Below are positions 23,892 to 33,669 of a stretch of DNA of 64,000 bases, in pieces. The translations under genes were made by a program, and so were the position numbers. Positions within the stretch are counted from its first letter, which is position 1; every line of letters starts with the position of its first letter. Under the pieces are notes generated by a model, which worked only from the letters and a program-made list of their open reading frames with translations, was not told the origin of the DNA and made no database searches. This DNA comes from a bacterium (GTDB lineage Bacteria > Patescibacteriota > Microgenomatia > Levybacterales > UBA12049), in NCBI GenBank assembly GCA_021791545.1, contig JAJYWL010000007.1:3972-67971 (forward strand), in the 5' to 3' direction.

Positions 23892-24911
23892 TCAAAATTC
23901 GGGAAGTTTTTTCTTAACACGAAGAATTATGAAAATAGCTATAAGAATTACTGCAAATATTACCGCTAAAGCCTCTAACGGGAAGGCAAAGAAATATGCA
24001 TTTCTCACATAAACAGGTCCGCTATCAGATAGTGAAAGAGTTAAAGTTGCTGTATAGGGACCCAAGAGGAATGTCTCCGGCCAGACTGCAACAGGATAAT
24101 AATTTGCAAGAACGACATCTTTAATCTGTCCGAATTCTTTCTCTTTGTCGGGAGATTGGAGGCTGTCCGGTATCCTTCTTGTCGTGCCGGCAAGTATATT
24201 TACTGGCAATAAATCTACTTTTCCTATTGTCTGTCCAAATATGTTTTTAATAGTGATGTCTCCTTTGGGAGTAATAAAGTGGGAAGATGTGTTTTTTACT
24301 CTTACTGTAAAGGGGACGGGACCTTTTTCAACGAAAAACGGAGCGCTGAAGTCAGAAATCACTCCTTCTGTTTTACCTTTTTGTCCTATCGATAAAAGAA
24401 CATTAGAAGCAATTGCTCCGGTTGCCTGGGAACCGTTAAGTTGGACATTGTCTCTGGCTTTAGAAATAAAGAGGATAGAGAAGTAATAATCCGAAGAAGT
24501 TTCTTCTTTTGGAATTTGGATATGTAGTACAAGATTTTTCTTTTGTTTTGGTGCAAGGGTTATGCTACTGACAGAATTTTCTCCGTCCAAGATTTCCATC
24601 TTTTCAAAAATGTAGGGATCTTCATAAGTACTTAAATCTTGCTGATAAGAGACTTCACCGTTTTCACGATCTCCGGCAGTAAAGGGTTTTACTGCAATAT
24701 CAAGGTCTATAGAGTCCTTGTCCGAGAGGTTTTGAACAAAAAAATTCGTTCTGATATCCGAAGGTGGATTAGCCGTGATTTGAAAAACAGGAGGGTAGAC
24801 TCCGACGTTTACGTCCTGTGCAAACGATTTTTGGGCAAAATTGTGAAAAATTAACGGTAGTAATAAAGCGATTAAAAATAATTTTTTCATTTTAGTATGT
24901 TGGTGTTGCAA
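23892..24911 (-). CDS. DUF916-like cell-surface protein with a signal peptide and a C-terminal TM anchor (module A anchor).
   Basis: VGVYPPVFQITANPPSDIRTNFFVQNLSDKDS...YYFSILF. C-terminus YFFAFPLEALAVIFAVILIAIFIILRVKKK. Confidence 0.5.
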   Translation of the reverse strand: MQHQHTKMKKLFLIALLLPLIFHNFAQKSFAQDVNVGVYPPVFQITANPPSDIRTNFFVQNLSDKDSIDLDIAVKPFTAGDRENGEVSYQQDLSTYEDPYIFEKMEILDGENSVSSITLAPKQKKNLVLHIQIPKEETSSDYYFSILFISKARDNVQLNGSQATGAIASNVLLSIGQKGKTEGVISDFSAPFFVEKGPVPFTVRVKNTSSHFITPKGDITIKNIFGQTIGKVDLLPVNILAGTTRRIPDSLQSPDKEKEFGQIKDVVLANYYPVAVWPETFLLGPYTATLTLSLSDSGPVYVRNAYFFAFPLEALAVIFAVILIAIFIILRVKKKLPEF

Positions 24912-25620
24912 TAAAATTGATTACATTGGTGTAAAGTCCTGCCGCTTGTACAGCAGAAACATTTAGCTTATATGTTATTGTTGCTTGTCTATTTCTTCCG
25001 ACATTTGAAGAACTCATTACTGTTACTGCAGAAGGGGAAGCGGCAAAAGGTCTGAAGTATGTGGAGTTTACAAAGTCAGTTGAACAATCTGTTCCGCTAA
25101 CGTTGGTGCAGTTATAACCAAATCCGAAAGTTCCCGGCAAAGTCCATGCTCTTGCGGTAGTTGTCGTACATGTGCCCGAGTCGCATGTAGTATCGGGTAT
25201 ATCTATTCCTTTTGCATTAAGTCTTAGAGGATGGTTTTCGGATGCAGTTACTATGTAGCCACCGGCAGATCCGTTCGAAACTGTTAATGTACTTGTTCTG
25301 GTTACGGCATTTGTTGCAAAGACAGGACCGAAGTCAATATTTAGCCCTGTTATCTTAAAGGAGAAGGGAATAATGGACATTATATATTGGAAACCTCCCC
25401 TTACTCTGTAATTTACTCCGGTTAAGCTATAAAAACCGTTAGCAGTCTGTCCTGCGGTAAAGCCTAAGGCATAACCTGAGCCTGTCGGATGGCCGGAAGA
25501 CATATTGAGATTTCCCATCCTTATGATATAAAAGCCGTTAGACATAGTCTGAGCCTTAACAATAGAGGCTGTAAGAAGTATTAGAAGAGTTGTGAAAAGG
25601 ACAGCCAGGAAATATTTCAT
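24892..25620 (-). CDS. Secreted beta-rich protein, candidate fibre or surface subunit (module A).
   Basis: Signal peptide, 242 aa. The C-terminal strand motif matches the 22382..23827 protein. Confidence 0.5.
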   Translation of the reverse strand: MKYFLAVLFTTLLILLTASIVKAQTMSNGFYIIRMGNLNMSSGHPTGSGYALGFTAGQTANGFYSLTGVNYRVRGGFQYIMSIIPFSFKITGLNIDFGPVFATNAVTRTSTLTVSNGSAGGYIVTASENHPLRLNAKGIDIPDTTCDSGTCTTTTARAWTLPGTFGFGYNCTNVSGTDCSTDFVNSTYFRPFAASPSAVTVMSSSNVGRNRQATITYKLNVSAVQAAGLYTNVINFIATPTY

Positions 25621-26255
25621 AGATTATTTGAACTTTCTCTTCTTAGATCTTCGGTTTCTTCCAAGACTTCATTGAGTTTTTCCATATCTTCTGGTCTTAG
25701 GTTCTGTTTTTCTTCTTTTATCACTCTATCTATATCTTTTGCGATTGTGTCTGCAGCTTCTTGGGTTCTTTCTTCAAGTTCTTCAATTTTTTCTTCTTCC
25801 TGGTCTCTTAATCTATATTCCTTTCCGAAAAAGTAGGCAAGGGGTCCGATCAAGACAAGGCTTAAAAGTTTTAGAAGATTGACTGTAAAGTCTCCCTGAG
25901 AAAGAGAAGGAACAAAAACAAGGAAAGCACCCAATATGAAAATAAAAACGGAGGCGGGTTCAAATACAAAAGCTATTCCGAAAGAAAGGAAGTATAGGAG
26001 GAAGAAGACGGACGATGAGATATTTCCGGTTGAGAATATAACTAAAAGTATAATCGAGGATAGAAGAAATATTCCAAAAGGATTTCCTCCCATCGTAAGG
26101 AAGCCTTTGCCTCTGTTTCTCAAGGAGATAAAAAGATAGAGGACAATAAAGATTGCAAGAAGTTGGACATTTATGGCTGAAAGTGGAGTTTGTTGCCATG
26201 CAAAGACAAGGATAAAGGAAGTAAGGAGTACAAGGCAGTGTTCTAAAAGCTTCAT
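25617..26255 (-). CDS. Integral membrane protein with an acidic coiled-coil C-terminus. First gene of the surface-module operon.
   Basis: About 5 TM helices, then an EEEKIEELEERTQEAAD... tail. Overlaps the next gene by 4 nt. Confidence 0.45.
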   Translation of the reverse strand: MKLLEHCLVLLTSFILVFAWQQTPLSAINVQLLAIFIVLYLFISLRNRGKGFLTMGGNPFGIFLLSSIILLVIFSTGNISSSVFFLLYFLSFGIAFVFEPASVFIFILGAFLVFVPSLSQGDFTVNLLKLLSLVLIGPLAYFFGKEYRLRDQEEEKIEELEERTQEAADTIAKDIDRVIKEEKQNLRPEDMEKLNEVLEETEDLRRESSNNL

Positions 26256-26261
26256 ATAGTT

Positions 26262-28625
26262 ATGGTAGGAGATTTAAGCTTAAAGTTCAAGTCTGATATA
26301 ATGGTTGGTATGGACGAGGCAAAGAAAAAAGAAAGATATTTCCCAAAAGAAATAGAAGAAAAGTGGCAAGATAAATGGCAGAAAGAAAATCTATATAAGT
26401 TTAGGGGAGATAGCAAAAAAGAAAAATATTACAACTTGGTAGAACTTCCATATCCTTCTGGTGATTTACATTTAGGGCATTGGTTTGCATTTACTCCGGC
26501 AGACGCACACGCAAGATATAAAAGAATGAGTGGTTTCAACGTCTTCTTTCCCAACGGTTTTGATGCTTTTGGTCTTCCTGCCGAGAATGCAGCAATAAAA
26601 AGAGGAGTACATCCTCAAGACTGGACTATGAAAAATATTGAAACCATGAAAAAGCAGTTTTCGACAATGGGGACCATGATTGACTGGTCACATGAAGTAA
26701 TAACTTGTCTTCCCGAGTATTACAGATGGAATCAATGGATATTCATAAAGATGTTCGAGAAAGGCCTCGCCTACAGAGGTAAAGCACTATCAAACTGGTG
26801 TCCAGTAGATCAAACAGTACTAGCTAACGAACATATAGAGAATGGAAAATGCTGGAGGTGTGGCTCCGAAGTAGTTCAAAAGGAAGTAGAACAGTGGTTT
26901 TTGGGTATAACGAAATATGCGGAGAGCTTAATTTGGCCTGAAGAACCCAAGGTAGATTGGCCTAAATCGGTAAGAGAAGGCCAGAATAATTGGATTGGCA
27001 GATCAGAAGGCATGATGCTAAAGTTTAAAATTTCTAAAAAAGACGGTCAATCCAAGCTAAACATGGATGAGATAACTGTCTTTACAACGCGTCCCGATAC
27101 GACTGACGGCGCAACTTTTGTCGTAGTTGCTCCTGAACATCCTTTTGCTCAACAAATTGGTCTGGAAAATGTAAAACAATATATCAAAGAAGCTCAAAAG
27201 AAGACAGAAATGGAGAGAAAAGAGGAAAAAGTAAAAACAGGAGTATTTAGTGGAGAATACGCAGTAAACCCCGTAACAGGTAAGGAGATTCCTATCTGGA
27301 TAGCAGATTACGTTCTTGCAACATATGGAACTGGTGCAATTATGGCTGTTCCTTTTGCTGACGAAAGAGATAAGGATTTTGCCGAAAAGTTTGATCTTCC
27401 TATCGAGAAGACAGATTTTGAAGCTAAACCAGACGGAGAAAAGGTAGTCCAGTATCATTTAAGAGATTGGTCCATATCAAGGCAAAGATATTGGGGAACT
27501 CCTGTTCCTATGATTCACTGTGAAAAATGCGGGATCGTGCCTGTTCCCTATGAAGATCTACCAGTTGAGCTTCCTTATAACGTAGATTACACGCCTAAAG
27601 GCAAACCTCCATTAGCAACAGATGAAGAGTGGCTAAATACAAAGTGTCCTAAATGCGAGGGGGAAGCTAAAAGAGATGCGGAAACACTGGATACTTTCTT
27701 CGATTCTGCCTGGTACTACTATAGATACGTATCTTCTCATTATGAAAGAGGGCCTTTTAGTGAAGACGAGGTGAGAGCGCTAATGCCTGTTGATGTGTAT
27801 TTTGGAGGCTCGGAACACACTTTGGGCCATACTTTATATGCCAGATTCTTCACGAAGTTCTTTAAGGACTTGGGTTTAATAGGATTTGATGAATTTGCCA
27901 AGAAAAGAGTCCAGCACGGAGTAATTCTTGGGCCAGACGGGAACAGGATGAGTAAATCGAGGGGAAATGTCGTAAATCCGGATGATATTGTAAAAGAATA
28001 TGGTACAGATGCTGTCAGACTATATCTTTGTTTCATGATGCCTTATGAGGCAACCGCTCCATGGTCTACAGATGCTATCTCCGGAATCTACAGATTTCTT
28101 CATAGAGTCTGGGATTTACGAAATAAAGTCGAAGATGGTGCGAAAATGGACAAAAATGATCTCGTTTTCATGAACCAGACAATAAAAAAGGTGGGAGATG
28201 ACTTAAATAGCCTCGAATTTAACACCGCAGTATCTTCGCTCATGACTTGGTTAAATCATTTGGAAGCTAAAAAAGCAATTACAATGGATGAGTGCTACGT
28301 TTTTATAAAGATTCTTGCTCCTTTTGCTCCATATATGACAGAAGAGCTGCGTGAAAAGTTGGGTTATAAAACATCAATTCACCTTGAAAAATGGCCTGAA
28401 TATGATGAGGCTTATCTAACTGGGGATAAGGTTACTTTTGCGGTCCAGATAAACGGAAAAACAAGAGATACGGTAGAAATTGAGGCTGAGTATATGGCTG
28501 ATGAAGATAAAGTTTCGCAAATTGTTAAGGAGAGCGCTAAGGTTTCTAAGTATTTAGAGGGTAAGGATATTGTGAAAACAATCTTTGTTAAAGGTAAAAT
28601 AATAAATTTTGTGGTAAAGAATTAG
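26262..28625 (+). CDS. leuS: Leucyl-tRNA synthetase.
   Basis: YPSGDLHLGHWFAFTPADAHARYKRMSGFNVFFPNGFDAFGLPAENAAIKRG. KMSKS as RMSKSRGN. The true start may be the downstream Met (MDEAKKK...). Confidence 0.95.
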   Translation: MVGDLSLKFKSDIMVGMDEAKKKERYFPKEIEEKWQDKWQKENLYKFRGDSKKEKYYNLVELPYPSGDLHLGHWFAFTPADAHARYKRMSGFNVFFPNGFDAFGLPAENAAIKRGVHPQDWTMKNIETMKKQFSTMGTMIDWSHEVITCLPEYYRWNQWIFIKMFEKGLAYRGKALSNWCPVDQTVLANEHIENGKCWRCGSEVVQKEVEQWFLGITKYAESLIWPEEPKVDWPKSVREGQNNWIGRSEGMMLKFKISKKDGQSKLNMDEITVFTTRPDTTDGATFVVVAPEHPFAQQIGLENVKQYIKEAQKKTEMERKEEKVKTGVFSGEYAVNPVTGKEIPIWIADYVLATYGTGAIMAVPFADERDKDFAEKFDLPIEKTDFEAKPDGEKVVQYHLRDWSISRQRYWGTPVPMIHCEKCGIVPVPYEDLPVELPYNVDYTPKGKPPLATDEEWLNTKCPKCEGEAKRDAETLDTFFDSAWYYYRYVSSHYERGPFSEDEVRALMPVDVYFGGSEHTLGHTLYARFFTKFFKDLGLIGFDEFAKKRVQHGVILGPDGNRMSKSRGNVVNPDDIVKEYGTDAVRLYLCFMMPYEATAPWSTDAISGIYRFLHRVWDLRNKVEDGAKMDKNDLVFMNQTIKKVGDDLNSLEFNTAVSSLMTWLNHLEAKKAITMDECYVFIKILAPFAPYMTEELREKLGYKTSIHLEKWPEYDEAYLTGDKVTFAVQINGKTRDTVEIEAEYMADEDKVSQIVKESAKVSKYLEGKDIVKTIFVKGKIINFVVKN

Positions 28626-28632
28626 CCTTCCA

Positions 28633-29220
28633 ATGGATACAGAACAGCTAAAGGAAAGATATTTGCCTCTTTTAAAAAGGAATTGGATTCCTTTGCTTCT
28701 TGGTTTGATAGGTTTATTGCTTCTAAGTTATGGTTTGATATCTTTATTGTCTTCAAACGAGAAAGATACGGTCGTAATAGAAAAATCTGAAGATAATAAT
28801 GTTTCTTCAAAGATAAAAGTAGATGTTGAGGGTGCAGTTGTGAAGCCGGGAGTATATGAATTGGATAATACGGCAAGAATACAAGACGCCTTAATAGCAG
28901 CGGGAGGCTTCTCAGCCTCAGCGGATAGGACTATTGTATCTAAAAAACTGAATTTAGCTTCAAGACTTGTTGACGGATCCAAGATATATATTCCTCAGAA
29001 AGGGGAGGAGACGATATTGACATCATCCGGCTCGGTGGAAGGGACTATAAATATAAATAGTGCAACAGCAGAACAGCTCGATACTCTTTCGGGTATAGGA
29101 CCTACAACCGCAGAAAAGATTATAAATCTGAGACCTTATTCTTCGCTTGAGGATTTGGTGACAAAAAAAGCAGTAAGTCAGAAAGTATTTGATAGCATTA
29201 AAGACAAGATAAGTCTTTAA
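28633..29220 (+). CDS. comEA: ComEA (SLBB domain plus helix-hairpin-helix DNA-binding domain).
   Basis: N-terminal TM. VDVEGAVVKPGVYEL (SLBB). NINSATAEQLDTLSGIGPTTAEKIINLRP (HhH). Confidence 0.85.
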   Translation: MDTEQLKERYLPLLKRNWIPLLLGLIGLLLLSYGLISLLSSNEKDTVVIEKSEDNNVSSKIKVDVEGAVVKPGVYELDNTARIQDALIAAGGFSASADRTIVSKKLNLASRLVDGSKIYIPQKGEETILTSSGSVEGTININSATAEQLDTLSGIGPTTAEKIINLRPYSSLEDLVTKKAVSQKVFDSIKDKISL

Positions 29221-29224
29221 ATTT

Positions 29225-30460
29225 ATGCCCGACAAAAAATTTCTTCTCCCTGCAATTCTTTTATTCCTTTTTTTGTCTTTAAGATTTATTTATTACTTTT
29301 CGCATCAAGAAAATTTAAGACCAGGGGAGAACCTGAGTTTTACTACTGCTATTTTATCTTCTGTAAACAGGTCCGGCTCTTTCCAGACCTTTACTGTCGA
29401 GACACCCGGAGGAACAAATGTTTTAATAGTTGCAGACAATAAAAAAGATTACTCTTACGGAGATAGTCTAAAAATCGTTGGCACTGTTAATAGGAAAGTG
29501 CTAGACAACGGAAAGAGCATTTTTGTAATTTTCACGCCGAAAATTGAATCTAATTTCCGTGAAAATAATTGGTTTTTGGCAATTACGTTAAACATCCGAC
29601 AAAGATTTGTAGACTTTTTTGAAAGGATTTTGCCCCAAAAAGAAGCGTCGTTATTGTTGGGGATAGTGTTTGGAATCAAAGAAAATATACCTAAGGATTT
29701 TAACGAAATACTCAGAAATTCAGGAGTTTTGCATGTAATTGCTGCGTCGGGTATGAATGTCACTTTAGTTGCGGGTTTCATAAGCGGACTTTTAGGATAC
29801 TTTTTAAATAGAAGAGTGGCTCTTTTAATTAGTCTTCTTGCTATTATCTTTTATGCTTCTCTTGCAGGTTTTGCTCCTTCAATTGTTAGGGCTTCTGTAA
29901 TGGGAGTTGTAGTTTTTTCGGCTCAAATAATCGGAAGGCAAGCTTTTGGTCTTTACAGTCTTTTTCTTGCCGCCGGAGCAATGCTTTTTTATGATCCCGG
30001 TCTTATCTCGGACATTGGCTTTCAGCTTTCTTTTTCGGCCACCTTGGGAATTTTGTTTATAAAACCTATTTTTGATTCTAAAAAAGTGTTTAAAAAAATC
30101 TTTTTTGAAGATTTTGCCACAACGGTTTCCGCTCAAATAGCCACAATCCCAATAATGTTTGCTAATTTTGGTACTTATTCGTTGGTTTCTGTCATAGCCA
30201 ATGTGCTAGTTTTATGGACTATTCCTCCTCTTATGGTTATTGGGGGAATAGGAGGAATAATAGGTATATTGTGGGGAGGATTTGGCTCATTGTTTTTATA
30301 CCTATGCCTTCCTTTGCTCTTCTTTTTCGAAAAGGTCGTGAGTTTCTGGGGAAGTAAAGGTTATTTGTTTAGCTTTGAAGGCCTTTCTTGGGAGTTTTTC
30401 CTAGGCTATTATCTTCTTATCGTTTCTTTTATAATCTTTCTAAGAAAGAATGAAGCCTAA
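29225..30460 (+). CDS. comEC: ComEC/Rec2 membrane channel portion (DUF4131 plus competence domain).
   Basis: VLHVIAASGMNVTLVAGFISGLLG. Polytopic. Confidence 0.8.
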   Translation: MPDKKFLLPAILLFLFLSLRFIYYFSHQENLRPGENLSFTTAILSSVNRSGSFQTFTVETPGGTNVLIVADNKKDYSYGDSLKIVGTVNRKVLDNGKSIFVIFTPKIESNFRENNWFLAITLNIRQRFVDFFERILPQKEASLLLGIVFGIKENIPKDFNEILRNSGVLHVIAASGMNVTLVAGFISGLLGYFLNRRVALLISLLAIIFYASLAGFAPSIVRASVMGVVVFSAQIIGRQAFGLYSLFLAAGAMLFYDPGLISDIGFQLSFSATLGILFIKPIFDSKKVFKKIFFEDFATTVSAQIATIPIMFANFGTYSLVSVIANVLVLWTIPPLMVIGGIGGIIGILWGGFGSLFLYLCLPLLFFFEKVVSFWGSKGYLFSFEGLSWEFFLGYYLLIVSFIIFLRKNEA

Positions 30461-31304
30461 AGGTATAATCTCTTTGATAATTTTGGTTTTAGCCTTGGTT
30501 GGTCTTTATATTTATCAGAGTCTGGTTTTCTTTGACGGTAAACTTCATGTTGTAGTTTGTAATGTAGGGCAGGGAGACGCAATATTCATCAGAACTTCCG
30601 ATGCCAAAGATATCCTTATTGACGGAGGCCCGGATAATTCCGTCTTAGATTGTCTTTCAAACCATATGCCTTTCTGGGATAGGGATATAGAGCTTGTTAT
30701 GCTTTCTCATCCTCATTCCGACCACTATACGGGGCTATTAGAGGTGATGAAAAGATATAAAGTGATACATTATGTTACTGAAAAAGTTGAAAATGGTGAA
30801 AATGAGGTTTCAAAACTTAATAAAGAATTAGCAGACAAGAATTTGAATGCTAAGCACCTTTTAAGAGGAGATAAGATTGATATTTCGGGCCAAACTCAAC
30901 TATTAACTTTATGGCCGGAGAAGGGAATGGCTAAATTAGGCAAGGATACAGATATAAATGGATCGGGATTGATAGAACTTCTTACTTTCCAAAGCTTTAA
31001 GATGCTTTTGACAGACGATGTTGGCTATAAATCCGAAGAATTAGCTTCAAGTGGGATAGGTATGATAGACGTCCTAAAAGTACCTCATCACGGCTCTTCA
31101 ACGGGCATGAGCAAAGATTTTCTAAGTAATACGGATCCTAGGCTTGCCGTTATTTCCGTGGGAAAGGGAAACTCCTTTGGACATCCCGCTTTGACCTCAC
31201 TTAACCTTCTTAAAGAGGATAATATTAAAACTCTTAGAACAGACATGGATGGGGAAGTGGAGATCGTAAGTGACGGAAAGAGTTTTACCTATAAAACTAA
31301 TTGA
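30450..31304 (+). CDS. ComEC metallo-beta-lactamase domain encoded as a separate ORF (split ComEC).
   Basis: VVCNVGQGDAIFIRTSD...LSHPHSDHYTGL. Overlaps the upstream ORF by 11 nt. Confidence 0.8.
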   Translation: MKPKGIISLIILVLALVGLYIYQSLVFFDGKLHVVVCNVGQGDAIFIRTSDAKDILIDGGPDNSVLDCLSNHMPFWDRDIELVMLSHPHSDHYTGLLEVMKRYKVIHYVTEKVENGENEVSKLNKELADKNLNAKHLLRGDKIDISGQTQLLTLWPEKGMAKLGKDTDINGSGLIELLTFQSFKMLLTDDVGYKSEELASSGIGMIDVLKVPHHGSSTGMSKDFLSNTDPRLAVISVGKGNSFGHPALTSLNLLKEDNIKTLRTDMDGEVEIVSDGKSFTYKTN

Positions 31305-32991
31305 TTGTAGCGACGGGTTTAAGCGTATTCTGCCTTATAAGATCTTCTTTTTCATCTAAAGGAAGATAGAAGAAGATTTCGGTCCCTTTTCCTTCTTCCG
31401 ATTCTACCCCTACTGTCCCTCCATGAGCTTCTACTATACCTTTTGTTATATATAATCCCAGTCCTGACCCTTTTTTGGAAAGTTCCAAGGGGTTATTCTG
31501 GATCTGATAATACTTAGAGAAAAGGTCTTTTTGTTCGTCTTTTGGGATACCTATTCCGTTATCGCTTACAGACACCCTTAGCATATTTCCTTCGATTTTT
31601 GTCTTAACTGTTATTGTTCCTCCTTCGTTTGTGAACTTAAGGCTATTTGATATCAGGTTATTGAGGACTTGGGTAAGATGAACGCTATCGAATGAGAATT
31701 GAGGAATTGCTACGGGTATCTCGTTTTTAAGCGTTATCTGTTTTTTCATTGCTTGTGGAGTAAAAGCGTCCGTTACTTCTTTTATTAGCTTTGTTATATC
31801 GTTTTTATCCTTTTTTATCGTAAACTTTCCGGCTTCCATTTTCGCTGCATCCAAGACTATCCCTATCTGTTCAAGCATGCTTTTGGATTGTTTATCGACT
31901 ATTGTAAGTAGCTTTAGTTTTTCTTCTTTTCCAAGATCTTCTTCCATCATAAGTTCTGCGGAATCCTTTATTGCAGAAAGAGGTGCTCTTAATTCATGCA
32001 CCATCATGTTGGTGAAGTCTTCCTTAATCTTACTGATGTTTTTCTCGACCGTGATGTCATGAAGGAGTATAGAGGCTCCTATTGGTGCTTCGCTCTGGTC
32101 TTGTTTGAGTCTTTTTACGGGAGTTACAAATATCTGAAAGAATCTTGTTCCGATTTGTACCTCCTTGTCTTCAACAGTCGTATTTTCTTTTATTGCCTTA
32201 TCTATTTTTGAAGCCAGATCAAAGGGGGAGAAGGCTACCTGTATATGATAGAAGTTGGCATTGGGAGGAAGATTCAAAAAGTTTTTAGCTGCATCGTTTA
32301 TTATCGAAAGGTTTTTATGCATATCTACCATGAAAACACCGTCTGCAAGGCTTCCTATCATTGAGGTAAGTTTACTTTTCTCCGTCTCAAGAAGATTCTC
32401 AAGCCTTGAAAGAGCAACAGAAGCCTGTTCGGTTATCTGATACAAAAGAGTCGTCTTATCTTCCTTATATAGGTTGGGAGTAGTAGAAGAAACGTTAATA
32501 AGTCCTACGACTTTATTATTTACGATAAGAGGAATATTGAAAAAGGATGCTACCGGAGCTAATTTAGATTCGTCAATGGTAACACCATACAGTCTTTCAT
32601 CTATCTGGGTAGGGGTTTTCTCTAAAAGTGCGCTCATGGAGTTTACCATGCTTTCCTTAACCTGCCTTATGAAGGCTGAATTTACGTTTTCATCAAGGGT
32701 TGTCTTTAAGATTATCCTGTCTTCCTTTACGACCATTGAGGAGGCTGTGGAATAGGGAAGAAGGTGTTTAAGGCTTCCGGTTATTACGTCTATTATCTTT
32801 TCGATATCCAAAGAATATCCTATTCTATTTTGAATTTCTCTAAGTATTGTTATCTGGTAGATTTTCTGTTTTTGAAGTTCTTCTCTTTTTGCAAGCTCTC
32901 TTCTTATATAGAAGTTTCTAAATAACAGAAAGATTGCTAGGAAATCCAGGGCAGTTGTTAAAAATACCCAAAATGAGGTTAAGAAAGACAT
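31297..32991 (-). CDS. Sensor histidine kinase (TM, PAS/GAF-like, HisKA, HATPase_c).
   Basis: MVHELRAPLSAIKDSAELM (H-box). DNGIGIPKDEQKDLFSKYYQ, GSGLGLYITKGIVEAHGG (G-boxes). Confidence 0.85.
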   Translation of the reverse strand: MSFLTSFWVFLTTALDFLAIFLLFRNFYIRRELAKREELQKQKIYQITILREIQNRIGYSLDIEKIIDVITGSLKHLLPYSTASSMVVKEDRIILKTTLDENVNSAFIRQVKESMVNSMSALLEKTPTQIDERLYGVTIDESKLAPVASFFNIPLIVNNKVVGLINVSSTTPNLYKEDKTTLLYQITEQASVALSRLENLLETEKSKLTSMIGSLADGVFMVDMHKNLSIINDAAKNFLNLPPNANFYHIQVAFSPFDLASKIDKAIKENTTVEDKEVQIGTRFFQIFVTPVKRLKQDQSEAPIGASILLHDITVEKNISKIKEDFTNMMVHELRAPLSAIKDSAELMMEEDLGKEEKLKLLTIVDKQSKSMLEQIGIVLDAAKMEAGKFTIKKDKNDITKLIKEVTDAFTPQAMKKQITLKNEIPVAIPQFSFDSVHLTQVLNNLISNSLKFTNEGGTITVKTKIEGNMLRVSVSDNGIGIPKDEQKDLFSKYYQIQNNPLELSKKGSGLGLYITKGIVEAHGGTVGVESEEGKGTEIFFYLPLDEKEDLIRQNTLKPVATIN

Positions 32992-32997
32992 AGGCAG

Positions 32998-33342
32998 TTA
33001 GTTTGTTAATGATTCGAGCTTATCTCCGGTTTTCTTGCTCCCGATTACTATCGTATAGGTGCCGGCGATGAAAAGAAGTTCTTCTATTATCGACAAGACA
33101 ACTCCCACTGCTCCCAAATCCGATCTCGCTATTAAAAGATAGCTTTTTACAGCCTCCATAAGGATTCCGCCGGCTATAAGAAGAACTCCTATTGCTATGA
33201 CTTTAAATCCCGTTGCCAAAATACCCGTACCGAATTTCTTTCTTACCTGCCACATTACCAAAGCTCCTACTATGGCTGCAAAAGCGGAAATAAATGTTCC
33301 CGCTTCAATCACTACTGTTAATAATCTTTGTGAATCAATCAT
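32998..33342 (-). CDS. Small 3-TM membrane protein.
   Basis: Hydrophobic segments. Lies within the two-component operon. Confidence 0.4.
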   Translation of the reverse strand: MIDSQRLLTVVIEAGTFISAFAAIVGALVMWQVRKKFGTGILATGFKVIAIGVLLIAGGILMEAVKSYLLIARSDLGAVGVVLSIIEELLFIAGTYTIVIGSKKTGDKLESLTN

Positions 33343-33345
33343 ATC

Positions 33346-33669
33346 TTATGTATTTTGTACAGGACTTTGAGTCGTTTGTGCTTCAACAGTTGGTGTTTGA
33401 AGGGGAACGGTAGGAATGCCCATGGATAAAAGAGGTTCCATTGTCTTTTTTACGATAAGTCCCGAAAGTTGGACAAATTGGTCTATAAGGCCTTGGATTA
33501 GTTCCGGCGGATTTCCCTGTATATCTAGTACTGTTCCATCGTCTGCGACGATTAAACCCTTTACGTTTCTTGCTTTTGCCAGAGTTATGCTTGGCCCAAG
33601 GATGACCATCTGTTTTTTAATTACCTCTGTAAGGAGTTTTTTATAATCTTCGTTGCTTTTAGGTTGCAT
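33346..33669 (-). CDS. Small cytoplasmic protein, possibly roadblock/LC7-like.
   Basis: KGLIVADDGTVLDIQG segment. Weak similarity only. Confidence 0.25.
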   Translation of the reverse strand: MQPKSNEDYKKLLTEVIKKQMVILGPSITLAKARNVKGLIVADDGTVLDIQGNPPELIQGLIDQFVQLSGLIVKKTMEPLLSMGIPTVPLQTPTVEAQTTQSPVQNT

